From assembly GCA_045579005.1 (NCBI GenBank), contig JAZNLJ010000071.1, positions 1-58,324 of the forward strand: DNA of 58,324 nt, read 5' to 3'. A model generated the notes under the pieces. It was not told the origin of the DNA and did not search any database. It saw nothing but the letters and a program-made list of their open reading frames with translations. How positions within the stretch are numbered: the stretch's first letter is position 1; every line of letters begins with the position of its first letter. Source of the DNA: Acutalibacteraceae bacterium. Its GTDB lineage: Bacteria > Bacillota > Clostridia > Oscillospirales > Acutalibacteraceae. The translations under genes were made by a program, and so were the position numbers. Shown here in pieces: positions 35,721 to 44,930 of this stretch.

Positions 35721-36713
35721 ATGAAATTGACACCTATCAAAAAGATAATCCTTGGTATCGCTGCTGCATGTATTGTTATTTCAATCATTACTGCAAATAA
35801 TATGGCATCAGTTATGATGCTCCTTGCAAGCAAAAATGCAGAGGCTAATATCGAACCCGAATATGTTATTGAGGAGAAGATTGTTACCATTGACAGAAGC
35901 ACCGGTGCTTCATCAGGTGGTTCAACAAGCACAGGCAGTATGGGCGGCTCATCAAGCACAGGTAGTATGGGCGGATCAACAAGCACAGGTAATGCAGGTG
36001 GTTCAACAAGCACAGGTAATACAGGTGGCTCTTCAGGTACAGGCAGTACAGGTAATGCGGGCGGTTCAACTACAACTCCCGGTAAGAAGCCTGAAACAAA
36101 GGCTGAAATTGCAGAGCTTTACAATAAGGCGCTCAATAATGCAAAAGCAAACGGTAAAAACGTTGTTCGCGTTAAAGACGGCGCAACAAACTACAATGGT
36201 ATCGTAGAAGCCGGCGCTCTTTCTGATGCAGCATCAACACTTATGAATGCCTTTATGGTTGGCAGCAGAGAAGAAATTCAGGCTAAAAACGAGCCTTGGC
36301 AAAAAGAGAAGCTTCCTCCCGAGGGTGCAAATGCAGCTCTTGCAGAAAGTGGCATCAAGAGTGCTGAATGCAAAGAAGAAGGCGACTGTTATATTCTTAC
36401 AATTACCGGTAATGATGAGGTTAATCCTCAGACAGGCGGTCCCGGTGTAGGTTCTCTTTGCGGTGTTATCCAGGAACAGACAATCACAGGTTCTATCAGT
36501 AAGGTTCCCGGTCTTACATTAAGCAACATATCTATCTCTTACGAGAACGTTACTACAACTGCAAAGATTGAAAAATCAACAGGTAACCTTGTTGCTCTCA
36601 CAATTGACGCTCCCTGTATTCTTCAGCTTTCTGCTAAGATACCGCTTCTTGGTAGCATTGACAATGCAAAAGTTGGTATTGGTGTTTACACAGAGTACAC
36701 AATCGGATATTAA
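35721..36713 (+). CDS. Hypothetical exported/anchored protein with a Gly/Ser/Thr decapeptide repeat linker
   Basis: Starts MKLTPIKKIILGIAAACIVISIITA (signal/anchor), then GGSTSTG(S/N)xG repeats, then a roughly 220-aa globular C-terminal domain of unknown family. Confidence 0.6.
   Translation: MKLTPIKKIILGIAAACIVISIITANNMASVMMLLASKNAEANIEPEYVIEEKIVTIDRSTGASSGGSTSTGSMGGSSSTGSMGGSTSTGNAGGSTSTGNTGGSSGTGSTGNAGGSTTTPGKKPETKAEIAELYNKALNNAKANGKNVVRVKDGATNYNGIVEAGALSDAASTLMNAFMVGSREEIQAKNEPWQKEKLPPEGANAALAESGIKSAECKEEGDCYILTITGNDEVNPQTGGPGVGSLCGVIQEQTITGSISKVPGLTLSNISISYENVTTTAKIEKSTGNLVALTIDAPCILQLSAKIPLLGSIDNAKVGIGVYTEYTIGY
35917..36078 (+). repeat. 30-nt in-frame tandem repeat (about five units) encoding GGS(T/S)STG(S/N)(M/A/T)G
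   Basis: ggtggttcaacaagcacaggcagtatg / ggcggctcatcaagcacaggtagtatg / ggcggatcaacaagcacaggtaatgca / ggtggttcaacaagcacaggtaataca ... Confidence 0.75.
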
Positions 36714-36732
36714 TTATTGTTAAATAACGTTA

Positions 36733-36758
36733 AACACCGTCTTCGGACGGTGTTTTTT
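36733..36758 (+). terminator. Rho-independent terminator
   Basis: AACACCGTC-ttcg-GACGGTGTT followed by TTTT. Confidence 0.8.
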
Positions 36759-36791
36759 AATCATAAGTAAAGGTATCTGAGAAGGTGTTTT

Positions 36792-37586
36792 ATGTTGGAT
36801 ATCATATCTGCTGATGGTATAAAAACCGTGCTCCCGGTAAATTTGAAAAACAAATTGAATATTACTGTCAAGAAGTGCTCCGAGTCAACCAATAACGACG
36901 TAAAAGTGCTTGCTCGCGGGAGTGCCCCTGAGGGCGAGGTTGTTGTGGCTTGCTCACAGACTGCGGGTAAGGGTCGCCTTGGAAGGGCATTTTATTCACC
37001 CGACGGTACAGGTGTGTATATGAGTCTTCTGTTAAGACCTGTGATAAAACCTGAGGATGCAATCCTTATAACAACTGCTGCCGCAGTAAGCGTATGCAAA
37101 GCGCTCCGAAAAATGGGCGTTGATAACTGCGGGATAAAATGGGTTAATGACATTTATATTGATGGCAGAAAGGTCTGCGGTATCCTTGCAGAATCAGGCT
37201 TTGGCACAGATGGTAATATGGATTACGTTGTCCTTGGTGTGGGGATAAATATGTATGAGCCTCAGGGTGGCTTCCCTGATGATATAAAGGATGTTGCTGG
37301 GGCGGTTTTCTCTGACAGACAAGAGAATATGCGTAATTTGTTTGTCGGTGAATTTCTTGGTTCGTTTTATGGTTTTTATCAGAATATCACAGACCGCAGG
37401 CATAATGATGAGTACAAAAAGTTGTGCTTTCTCTATGGTCACGACGTGGACGTAATAAATGGTGATGATATACGTCGCGCCACAGTGCTGGGACTTGATG
37501 ATAACTGCGGTCTGATTGTTGAATATGAGAGCGGTGAAAAAGCTGTTCTCACATCAGGGGAAGTGTCATTAAAAGTGACCAAGTAG
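36792..37586 (+). CDS. birA: Biotin-[acetyl-CoA-carboxylase] ligase (class I, no HTH domain)
   Basis: QTAGKGRLGRAFYSP (GRGRxGR loop) and KWVNDIYIDGRKVCGIL. At 264 aa there is no N-terminal DNA-binding domain. Confidence 0.85.
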   Translation: MLDIISADGIKTVLPVNLKNKLNITVKKCSESTNNDVKVLARGSAPEGEVVVACSQTAGKGRLGRAFYSPDGTGVYMSLLLRPVIKPEDAILITTAAAVSVCKALRKMGVDNCGIKWVNDIYIDGRKVCGILAESGFGTDGNMDYVVLGVGINMYEPQGGFPDDIKDVAGAVFSDRQENMRNLFVGEFLGSFYGFYQNITDRRHNDEYKKLCFLYGHDVDVINGDDIRRATVLGLDDNCGLIVEYESGEKAVLTSGEVSLKVTK

Positions 37587-37661
37587 TATTTATTATATAT
37601 AATATACAATAAATTACTAACAAATTAGTTAAAGTCAAACATTAAAATTTGATTAATACTA

Positions 37662-37690
37662 TTGCATTTATTGAAATTCTGTGTTAAAAT
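37662..37690 (+). promoter_or_regulatory. Putative sigma-A promoter
   Basis: TTGCAT, a 17-nt spacer ending in TGT, then TAAAAT. It lies about 55 nt upstream of the AGGAGG RBS and the ATG at 37747. Confidence 0.5.
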
Positions 37691-37746
37691 ACATCCGTAT
37701 ATAGAGTAGTATGTAATACTATCGTTATCTGATTAGGAGGATTAAT

Positions 37747-39432
37747 ATGAAAGCAACCAAGAAAATTGTTTGCCTTACCCTTGCTATCGTAATGGCAGGT
37801 CTTGCATTTATTATGCCGGTCAGCGCTGCACAGACATTGCCTCTCGTTATGGTAAACGGTATTGGCTCAACACCTCTCTATAAAAATGTTGACACTGCAG
37901 ATGAAGAGCTTCTCTTCTCAGCAGACGATGCTTTTATTGAGGGTCTTATTACTGATGTGGGTGGTGCATTTATCAGCAGCCTTATCCAGTACGGTGTAGC
38001 AAAGAAGGATTATGACAAATTTGCAGACACCTTCTACCCCGCAGTAAACAAATATATCGAAGATCTCGGCTACAATATCGACGGTACACCCGTTAACGAT
38101 ACTGTTGGTTTCAAAGAGAATCTCAAGCCTATGTCAGAATACACCGAGGAAGAAAAAGCTATTCTCAGTGAGTTCACTTATGCATACGCGGAGAAATACG
38201 GCGAAGAGAATGTGTACAACTTCTGTTACGATTGGCGTGAGGATCCAATCACAATCGCTGCAGAGCTTGCAGATTTTATCGAAGCAGTTTCACCCAACGG
38301 TAAGGTTAATGTTGTTGGTATGAGCATGGGCGCAAACATCGTTCTTGCTTATATGGCAACTCAGGATTGTGCAAAGCTCAATAACGTTGTTTTTGCTGCT
38401 CCTGCATGGCAGGGTACAAGCCTTTTCGGTAACGTTGTTACCAATAACCTTGAAATCGACATTTTTACAGTTGAGAACTATCTTGTTCAGTTGGCAAATG
38501 TCAGCGCAGTAACACACATCACAGCTTTCATCATTTCATATATCGCAAGTCAAAAGGGTCTTTCACATGAGTACTTCGGCGATATCAATGCTGTTTTACA
38601 GAATATTAATCCTCGTTTATATACAGACACGTTCATTCCTTACTTTGCAGGTATGCCCGGTCTCTGGGCGCTCGTTCCTCAGGAGGATTACGAAGCAGGT
38701 AAAGAGTTTATCTTTGAAAACCACCAGATTGAAATTGACCCCGCTTACGAGGCAAAGCTTGACGCTTACCATGAGATTCAGGGCGATGCAAAACAGGTTG
38801 TTGAGAACGCAAAGAAACAGGGTGTGAAATTCTCAATTGTTTGCGGTTACAACTGCCAGATGATTCCGATCAGCGAGGAATACGAATCAACTGATACAAT
38901 CATTGATACTACACTTATGAGTGGTGGTGCAAACTGTGCTAAGTATCTCCAGGCACACGATGATTGGGATAATATCTACACACAGAAGATTAAAGATGGT
39001 CACAACCACGTTTCATGGGATTCAAAGGTTGACGCTTCAACCGGTATGTTCCCCGAGAACACTTGGTACATCAAGAACTTACAGCACAACGGCTTTAGCA
39101 GAGATAACGGTTCTCTCGATGTTGTAATGTGGCTCCTTGGTCAGACCAAACAGCCCACAGTAACAACTGATAAGGTTAATTATCCTCAGTTCTTCCTTTA
39201 CAATACATACAAGAAGACAACAAAGGCTATGCCTTACGGTGAAATTCTTGGTGACGTTGATGGTAGCGGTTCAGTAAATACTGTCGATGCAAGACTTGCT
39301 CTCAAGATTGCTGCAGGTCAGGTTAAGGCTACTGAGGCTCAGATGCTCCTTGGCGATATCGATGAGAATGGTACAATCGCAACAACGGATGCTGCTGACA
39401 TTCTTAAGATTGCCGCAGGTATCTTGGGTTAA
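37747..39432 (+). CDS. Secreted alpha/beta-hydrolase (lipase/esterase-like) with C-terminal type I dockerin
   Basis: Signal peptide (LTLAIVMAGLAFIMPVSAAQ) and nucleophile elbow GMSMGA. The C-terminus has two Ca-binding dockerin segments, GDVDGSGSVNTVDARLALKIAAG and GDIDENGTIATTDAADILKIAAG (nt 39250-39429). Confidence 0.8.
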   Translation: MKATKKIVCLTLAIVMAGLAFIMPVSAAQTLPLVMVNGIGSTPLYKNVDTADEELLFSADDAFIEGLITDVGGAFISSLIQYGVAKKDYDKFADTFYPAVNKYIEDLGYNIDGTPVNDTVGFKENLKPMSEYTEEEKAILSEFTYAYAEKYGEENVYNFCYDWREDPITIAAELADFIEAVSPNGKVNVVGMSMGANIVLAYMATQDCAKLNNVVFAAPAWQGTSLFGNVVTNNLEIDIFTVENYLVQLANVSAVTHITAFIISYIASQKGLSHEYFGDINAVLQNINPRLYTDTFIPYFAGMPGLWALVPQEDYEAGKEFIFENHQIEIDPAYEAKLDAYHEIQGDAKQVVENAKKQGVKFSIVCGYNCQMIPISEEYESTDTIIDTTLMSGGANCAKYLQAHDDWDNIYTQKIKDGHNHVSWDSKVDASTGMFPENTWYIKNLQHNGFSRDNGSLDVVMWLLGQTKQPTVTTDKVNYPQFFLYNTYKKTTKAMPYGEILGDVDGSGSVNTVDARLALKIAAGQVKATEAQMLLGDIDENGTIATTDAADILKIAAGILG

Positions 39433-39448
39433 TAATCCAGATAAACAT

Positions 39449-39485
39449 AAACCCGATTGAGTGTTAACTCGATCGGGTTTCTTAT
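39449..39485. terminator. Terminator hairpin between convergent genes
   Basis: AAACCCGATTGAG-tgttaa-CTCGATCGGGTTT forms a 13-bp stem with one G:T pair. The U-tract is weak. Confidence 0.55.
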
Positions 39486-39547
39486 GTGCGGTGAAGTTTT
39501 TTCTGAAACAGATTCAGATAATATTTCTTCACGCTGTGTTTTTATAA

Positions 39548-41968
39548 TTATTTAATTTTAAGAGCAAGCTCAATAACTCGTTTAGCAGTTTGTTGCATTT
39601 CGCCTAATGTAATACCCTCGGTTTTTTTATGTGTTTTTAAAAGTGTACCGTCGGGTTTCCTTCTACCTGTACGGTTACCACCGGGCATAAGCACGTCAAC
39701 TCCTGCACGTACTCTGTAAGCATTGTCGCACATTTGCGGGAATTCAGGGGATTTACTTGATTGCATCCACCAATCGGTCATTACAAGACCCTTGAAGCCC
39801 CATTCTTTGCGTAAAAGACGAGTGCAAAGATTGTAGTTATAGTGACCCCATACACCATTGATTTTGTTGTAGGATGTCATTATTGTGTAAGGGTCTGCTT
39901 CTTTTACACAAATTTCAAACCCTTTAAGGTAAATCTCACGTAAGGCTCTCTCTGAAAGGCGGGAGTCTGTTTTATTTCTGTTGGTTTCCTGACTGTTACA
40001 AGCAAAGTGCTTGGGACAAGCGGCCACACCATTCCTCTGTACACCGCGAACAACTGCGGCGGCAGTTCTGCCTGTTACAAGGGGGTCCTCGGAGTAATAT
40101 TCAAAGTTTCTACCGCAAAGGGGACTACGGTGAATATTCATACCCGGTGCTAACAAAATGTCAGAACCTTTTGTCTTCATTTCACTACCGACCTTTGCGT
40201 AAATCTCCTGCACAAGGTCTGTGTTCCACATTGCAGAAAGGCTTGTACCAATGGGAAGAAGTGAACAACAAGCACCGATACGGATGCCTGAGGGGCCGTC
40301 GGTTGTAATGATGGGTGGCACACCCTTGTCACGCAAAGAGGGGAGCACACCGCCCATTGCACCTGCATTACCCTTGTTGCCAAGGGGACTGTCCATTGTG
40401 TAGTCACCACGACTTATGGCTTCAAGCTCGGTTAATGAGAACTGTGAAACGAATTTATCAATTAATTCCGGATTCTTTTTAACATCATCAAAGGTGATGG
40501 TTTTATCAGCTTTTACAAGTTCTGCGGGCAGGTTATCAAGGATAATCTGTTTGAGGTTTTCTGTGGAAACAGGTGTAGTCTCGTAGCCAACAACCAAGTC
40601 ACCATATTCCTCCTTTGTAGTAATTCTTGTAAAGCCTTCTTTCGGTGCACATACCTGCTTGTGCTCAGCTACAACCTTTGTTTCAGCAATTGTGAGAGTA
40701 TAAACCTTCTCGCAATCACGGACGTTACTGCCTAAGTAGAAGTTATAGTTGCCCTTTTCAAGAATGTAACAATTACGGTAATCTGATTTACCACTATCGT
40801 CATAAGATGCTATGTAGTAAAGGGGAACGGTTATTTCAATTTCCTGATCTTCGCCTTTATTAAGAGCATCACTCTTGGCATAGCCGCAAAGCACCCTTGC
40901 AGGCTTGCCAAGCTCACTCTGTGGCTGTGAAGCGTATAGCTGTAAAACATCTTTACCGCAGAATTCACCGATGTTTTCTGTCTTAAGGGTAAAGGTAATT
41001 GAATCTTCACCAACAACAGCATTTACAAATGATTTATTGAACTGTGAATAGCCAAGGCCGAAGCCGAATGGATATTTAACCTTATCCTTTGCAAAGGTTT
41101 CAAAGTAACGATATCCTACGTAAATATCTTCGGTGTAGTTATTGAAATCTTTTTCACCGAAATCCCTGCTACAGGGATAGTCCTCGTAGGAAAAGGCAAT
41201 TGTGTCAGCAAGTCTGCCCGAGGGCTCCTGCACACCATGGAGCACGTCTGCAAGGGAATTGCCGCTTTCCATACCGCCCTGCCAGGGGATAAGGATTGCA
41301 GAATCGCCCTTAAGGCACTGGTCCTCCCAGCTCATATCAATAATACTGCCGATGTTGAGTACAATAACAGTCTTCTTAAATGCAGTGCTGACACGCTTGA
41401 TAAGGGATTTTTCATCATCTGTAAGGTAGTAGCTGCCTGCTTCAAGCTTGTTTTCTCTGTCTTCACCTGCAGACCTGCCGATGAAGATTACCGCACAATC
41501 ACTCTTTTGAGAGGCGGTTTCAATAACACTTGTTTCAATGGGCATCTCTTCGTAATAGAGGGGCCAATGTCCCCAGAAGCCGTGGTCGGGTGGGTTTTTC
41601 TCACACCAATCCTTGTAAATGTCACGAAGATCGGTGTTGAGCTTTGCACCACTGTTTTCAAGACCTTCTACGGGATTAACTGTGTAGGGCTTAATAACGT
41701 CACCGCCTGAGCCGTAGCCTACAAACATATAGTCAAACTGTACTCTGCCGAAAAGTGAAATCACGTCATTTTTATTGAATGGCAGAACGCTGTCGTTGCG
41801 GAGAAGTACAGTACCCTCTGCACCCGCTTTGCGCAGAAACTCCGGCATACCCTCGGTGACAGTTCTGTCAAGGTTATCCGTAAGCTTTGCCTCATTCTGT
41901 GAAAGACCGTTTATAACAGAGCCGATAAGATTAAATGTTTTTCTCTTGATTTTTTCTGTAATGTTCAT
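39548..41968 (-). CDS. Glycoside hydrolase family 3 beta-glucosidase
   Basis: 806 aa. Motifs: GRNFEYYSEDP, KHFACNSQE, GLVMTDWW (nucleophile Asp). It has the C-terminal alpha/beta sandwich and an Fn3-like domain (VLQLYAS). Confidence 0.9.
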   Translation of the reverse strand: MNITEKIKRKTFNLIGSVINGLSQNEAKLTDNLDRTVTEGMPEFLRKAGAEGTVLLRNDSVLPFNKNDVISLFGRVQFDYMFVGYGSGGDVIKPYTVNPVEGLENSGAKLNTDLRDIYKDWCEKNPPDHGFWGHWPLYYEEMPIETSVIETASQKSDCAVIFIGRSAGEDRENKLEAGSYYLTDDEKSLIKRVSTAFKKTVIVLNIGSIIDMSWEDQCLKGDSAILIPWQGGMESGNSLADVLHGVQEPSGRLADTIAFSYEDYPCSRDFGEKDFNNYTEDIYVGYRYFETFAKDKVKYPFGFGLGYSQFNKSFVNAVVGEDSITFTLKTENIGEFCGKDVLQLYASQPQSELGKPARVLCGYAKSDALNKGEDQEIEITVPLYYIASYDDSGKSDYRNCYILEKGNYNFYLGSNVRDCEKVYTLTIAETKVVAEHKQVCAPKEGFTRITTKEEYGDLVVGYETTPVSTENLKQIILDNLPAELVKADKTITFDDVKKNPELIDKFVSQFSLTELEAISRGDYTMDSPLGNKGNAGAMGGVLPSLRDKGVPPIITTDGPSGIRIGACCSLLPIGTSLSAMWNTDLVQEIYAKVGSEMKTKGSDILLAPGMNIHRSPLCGRNFEYYSEDPLVTGRTAAAVVRGVQRNGVAACPKHFACNSQETNRNKTDSRLSERALREIYLKGFEICVKEADPYTIMTSYNKINGVWGHYNYNLCTRLLRKEWGFKGLVMTDWWMQSSKSPEFPQMCDNAYRVRAGVDVLMPGGNRTGRRKPDGTLLKTHKKTEGITLGEMQQTAKRVIELALKIK

Positions 41969-42002
41969 AAAAGGAGCTCCTTGTTGTTATTACACAATAT
42001 TT

Positions 42003-42031
42003 ATTATACAAAAGCAAGCTCGACAGGTCAA
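42003..42031 (-). promoter_or_regulatory. Putative sigma-A promoter of the GH3 gene
   Basis: On the minus strand: TTGACC (42031-42026), a 17-nt spacer, then TATAAT (42008-42003). The RBS AAGGAG follows. Confidence 0.55.
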
Positions 42032-42216
42032 TATGTGGAAAGGGTGCCAATATAAAAAATGAAAATACTCACCCCTAATTATAGGGTGAATATTTTCGCG
42101 TCGCAACAGTAAAGCTATGTGGTAATACAATTATAGCACTCAAACGAATGCAAAATCGAGCATTTAAATGAATGCTTGTTATAATTTGTACAAACAACCA
42201 AGAGGTGGTATGAGTT

Positions 42217-42435
42217 ATGGTGCATTTTACACAACGTTTGCGTGATTTAAGAGAAGATAATGACTATAATCAAGAGGAAATTGCAAAAGTTCTGGAAATA
42301 ACAAGGCAACAGTACCAACTGTATGAATCAGGAAAAAGGGAGTTAAAAATATCTCATCTTATAAAATTATGTAAGTTTTATGATGTCAGTGCTGATTATG
42401 TATTAGGGTTTACAGATATACCACGTAAAATATAA
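42217..42435 (+). CDS. XRE-family helix-turn-helix transcriptional regulator (72 aa)
   Basis: LRDLREDNDYNQEEIAKVLEITRQQYQLYESGKRELKISHLIKLCKFYDVSADYVLG is a canonical HTH_3 (Cro/C1) domain. The RBS GAGGTGG lies 8 nt upstream. Confidence 0.8.
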   Translation: MVHFTQRLRDLREDNDYNQEEIAKVLEITRQQYQLYESGKRELKISHLIKLCKFYDVSADYVLGFTDIPRKI

Positions 42436-42563
42436 TGTGGATATTAAAAAATCATATTGTGTGCGTTAAAGAGTGTTAATTGATACGGTTTGATTAATAA
42501 AGAATTCAGTATGTTTTTTCTATTATAATTTATTATTCTTCGTATTATTTTCGTTTTAAAACC

Positions 42564-42592
42564 TTGACAATGCACGGCTACTTATGTATAAT
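42564..42592 (+). promoter_or_regulatory. Consensus sigma-A promoter of tRNA-Thr
   Basis: TTGACA (42564-42569), exactly 17 nt, then TATAAT (42587-42592). It lies 24 nt upstream of the tRNA 5' end. Confidence 0.65.
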
Positions 42593-42616
42593 ATCACTTG
42601 CTATGAATAAGCATTT

Positions 42617-42692
<76 letters not shown>

Positions 42693-42696
42693 AAAA

Positions 42697-42721
42697 GGCA
42701 GTCCGTGGACTGCCTTTTTTT
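42697..42721 (+). terminator. Rho-independent terminator after tRNA-Thr
   Basis: GGCAGTC-cgtg-GACTGCC followed by TTTTTTT. Confidence 0.8.
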
Positions 42722-42777
42722 ATCAATAGCAAAATGTTTTATACAACTGTAATATGTAATAAAAAGGATGTTTTCGG

Positions 42778-43524
42778 ATGTACAATTTCTTCGTTGATGA
42801 AAGCAAGCGACAGGGTAATTATTACCTTATAACAGACGATGATTACAATCACATAAAAAACGTTCTTCGAATGAAGATTGGGGAAACCATTCTCGTTAGC
42901 TCCGAAGGGAACAGTCACCTGTGCTCACTTAAGGAGTTTTCCGGTGAAAGTGCCGTTGCGGAGATTGTTGAGGAAAATTATCAGGATACTTCCTTACCTG
43001 TTAAACTCTACCTGTTTCAGGGGCTTCCCAAGAGTGATAAAATGGAATTTGTAATTCAGAAAGCGGTTGAATTGGGCGCTGAGGCAATTATCCCCGTTGA
43101 AATGAGCCGTTGTGTTGTAAAGCTTGATGACAAGAAGAAAAAATCTAAAACAGCCCGTTGGCAGTCAATTTCCGAAAGTGCCGCCAAGCAGAGTAAAAGA
43201 ACGACCATCCCGAAGGTTTACGACGTTATGTCATATAAGGAGGCACTCAGCTTTGCAAATGAGCTTGATTTATTACTTGTTCCCTATGAAAGTAAAGATG
43301 GTATGACCTCGACCAAAAATGCCCTTAAAAAGATGAAAAACGGTATGTCCGTGGGTATTATTATTGGTCCTGAGGGTGGTTTTGACGAAAAGGAAATTGC
43401 CTTTGCAGAGGAAATTGGCGGTTTGACAATTTCCCTGGGTAAGCGCATTTTACGTACCGAAACTGCTTCGGTAACAGCCCTTTCAATGTGTATGCTTTAT
43501 GCAGAAACGGAGCTCTCAGAATGA
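42778..43524 (+). CDS. rsmE: 16S rRNA (uracil1498-N3)-methyltransferase
   Basis: 248 aa. It has a PUA-like N-terminus and a SPOUT domain with LFQGLPKSDKMEFVIQKAVELG and IIGPEGGF..E...A......SLGKRILRTETA. Confidence 0.85.
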   Translation: MYNFFVDESKRQGNYYLITDDDYNHIKNVLRMKIGETILVSSEGNSHLCSLKEFSGESAVAEIVEENYQDTSLPVKLYLFQGLPKSDKMEFVIQKAVELGAEAIIPVEMSRCVVKLDDKKKKSKTARWQSISESAAKQSKRTTIPKVYDVMSYKEALSFANELDLLLVPYESKDGMTSTKNALKKMKNGMSVGIIIGPEGGFDEKEIAFAEEIGGLTISLGKRILRTETASVTALSMCMLYAETELSE

Positions 43525-44876
43525 TACATTTACCACAGCAATTTGCAGACAGAATGAAAACTATTCTCGGTGATGAATATGATGATTATTTAAGGGCTTT
43601 AGAGGAGCCACCCGTACGCGCCTTTCGTGTGAATACGGGCAAGATTTCCCTTGAAGATTTCGAGAAAATAAACCCATTCAGCACAGAAAAAATACCCTAT
43701 GTGCACAACGGTTTTTACTTTACTGACGAGAAAATCGGTAACCACCCGTACCACCACGCAGGTATGATTTATGTTCAGGAGCCGGGTGCTATGGCACCTG
43801 CTGAATGTGTTGAGGTTGACCCCGATTGGTGTGTTCTTGATATGTGCTCCGCCCCCGGTGGGAAAAGCTCACAGCTTAAGAATAAATTAGGGGAAAAGGG
43901 TATTCTTGTTTCCAATGAAATTGTGCCCTCAAGGTGTAAGATTTTAACAGGAAATATAGAGCGTCTTGGTCTTAAAAACGTTGTTACAACCTGTATGGAT
44001 TCAGGTAAAATTGCACGTGTTTTTGAAAACACCTTTGACCTTGTTATGGTAGATGCGCCCTGCTCCGGTGAGGGTATGTTCCGTAAGGAGGAAGTTGCCG
44101 TTACCGAGTGGAGCGAGGACAATGTGAAAAACTGTGCCGAAAGGCAGAAGGAAATATTGTCAAACGCGGTAAAGGTGGTAAAAAACGGTGGTTATATCGT
44201 CTATGCAACCTGTACCTTTTCACTTGATGAAAACGAAAAAATCATTGATTGGTTTCTTGATAATTACCCCGAATTTGAGCTTGTCAAAGTCAAAAAAGAG
44301 GTCGAAAATGCAACCTGTGACGGCATAAAATTTGAGGGCTGTAAGTGTGAAAATATCAGTTTCTGCCGTAGATTTTACCCACACAAGTCTAAGGGTGAGG
44401 GTCAGTTTATGGCAGTGCTTTGCAACACAAATACTGAGTATTTTTCACCCGTGTTTTCTAAGAAAAAGCCTGCTGAAATTGATAAGGTAATCACCGATTT
44501 TCTCGGTGACGTTCTTGAAGACTACAACCTCTCAAATGTGTTGATGCACAAGGGGACTCCCGTGTATTTTGATCCCGATTTTTCCGTGGACGGAGCTACT
44601 GTTTTTGCCTGCGGAGTTACTATAGGTGAGGTGCGTAAAAATTACCTTCAGCCTCATCACCAATTTTTTATGGCAATGGGTGATAAATTCAAAAGAAAAA
44701 TAGAACTTTTACCCGAAAGTGATGAGGCTAGAAAATATCTTCGTGGTGAAGAAATTGATACAGATTGCTCCAACGGTTGGGCGGTTGTAACCGTTAATGG
44801 TTGTGCACTTGGTGGTGCAAAGGTTGTAAACGGCAGAGCTAAAAACCATTATCCTAAGGGTTTAAGAATAAAATAA
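43521..44876 (+). CDS. RsmB/RsmF (NOL1/NOP2/Sun) family rRNA cytosine-C5 methyltransferase
   Basis: SAM motif VLDMCSAPGGKS, catalytic motifs MVDAPCSGEGMFRK and YATCT. The ATG at 43521 forms an ATGA overlap with the rsmE stop. Confidence 0.82.
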   Translation: MIHLPQQFADRMKTILGDEYDDYLRALEEPPVRAFRVNTGKISLEDFEKINPFSTEKIPYVHNGFYFTDEKIGNHPYHHAGMIYVQEPGAMAPAECVEVDPDWCVLDMCSAPGGKSSQLKNKLGEKGILVSNEIVPSRCKILTGNIERLGLKNVVTTCMDSGKIARVFENTFDLVMVDAPCSGEGMFRKEEVAVTEWSEDNVKNCAERQKEILSNAVKVVKNGGYIVYATCTFSLDENEKIIDWFLDNYPEFELVKVKKEVENATCDGIKFEGCKCENISFCRRFYPHKSKGEGQFMAVLCNTNTEYFSPVFSKKKPAEIDKVITDFLGDVLEDYNLSNVLMHKGTPVYFDPDFSVDGATVFACGVTIGEVRKNYLQPHHQFFMAMGDKFKRKIELLPESDEARKYLRGEEIDTDCSNGWAVVTVNGCALGGAKVVNGRAKNHYPKGLRIK

Positions 44877-44886
44877 ATATAAAAAA

Positions 44887-44922
44887 TTACTCCTGTTTAC
44901 TGTGAACAGGAGTAAATTTTTT
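44887..44922. terminator. Bidirectional Rho-independent terminator
   Basis: TTACTCCTGTT-tactgtg-AACAGGAGTAA is flanked by A-runs and T-runs, between convergent genes. Confidence 0.75.
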
Positions 44923-44930
44923 AATGGTAA

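Noticed and set aside
35669-36207. Alternative-frame and antisense ORFs (35669-36013 minus, 35824-36207 plus, 35884-36069 minus)
   Set aside because: All are generated by the 30-nt GGSTSTG repeat. Only the 35721-36713 frame has a signal peptide, a consensus promoter and a non-repetitive C-terminal domain.
42069-42097. Hairpin TCACCCCTAATTATAGGGTGA plus a T-run as a leader attenuator (RAT/terminator) of the GH3 gene
   Set aside because: On the minus strand it lies upstream of the best GH3 promoter (42031-42003), not between the promoter and the gene. I see no RAT-like sequence. It is probably an insulating terminator or a remnant.
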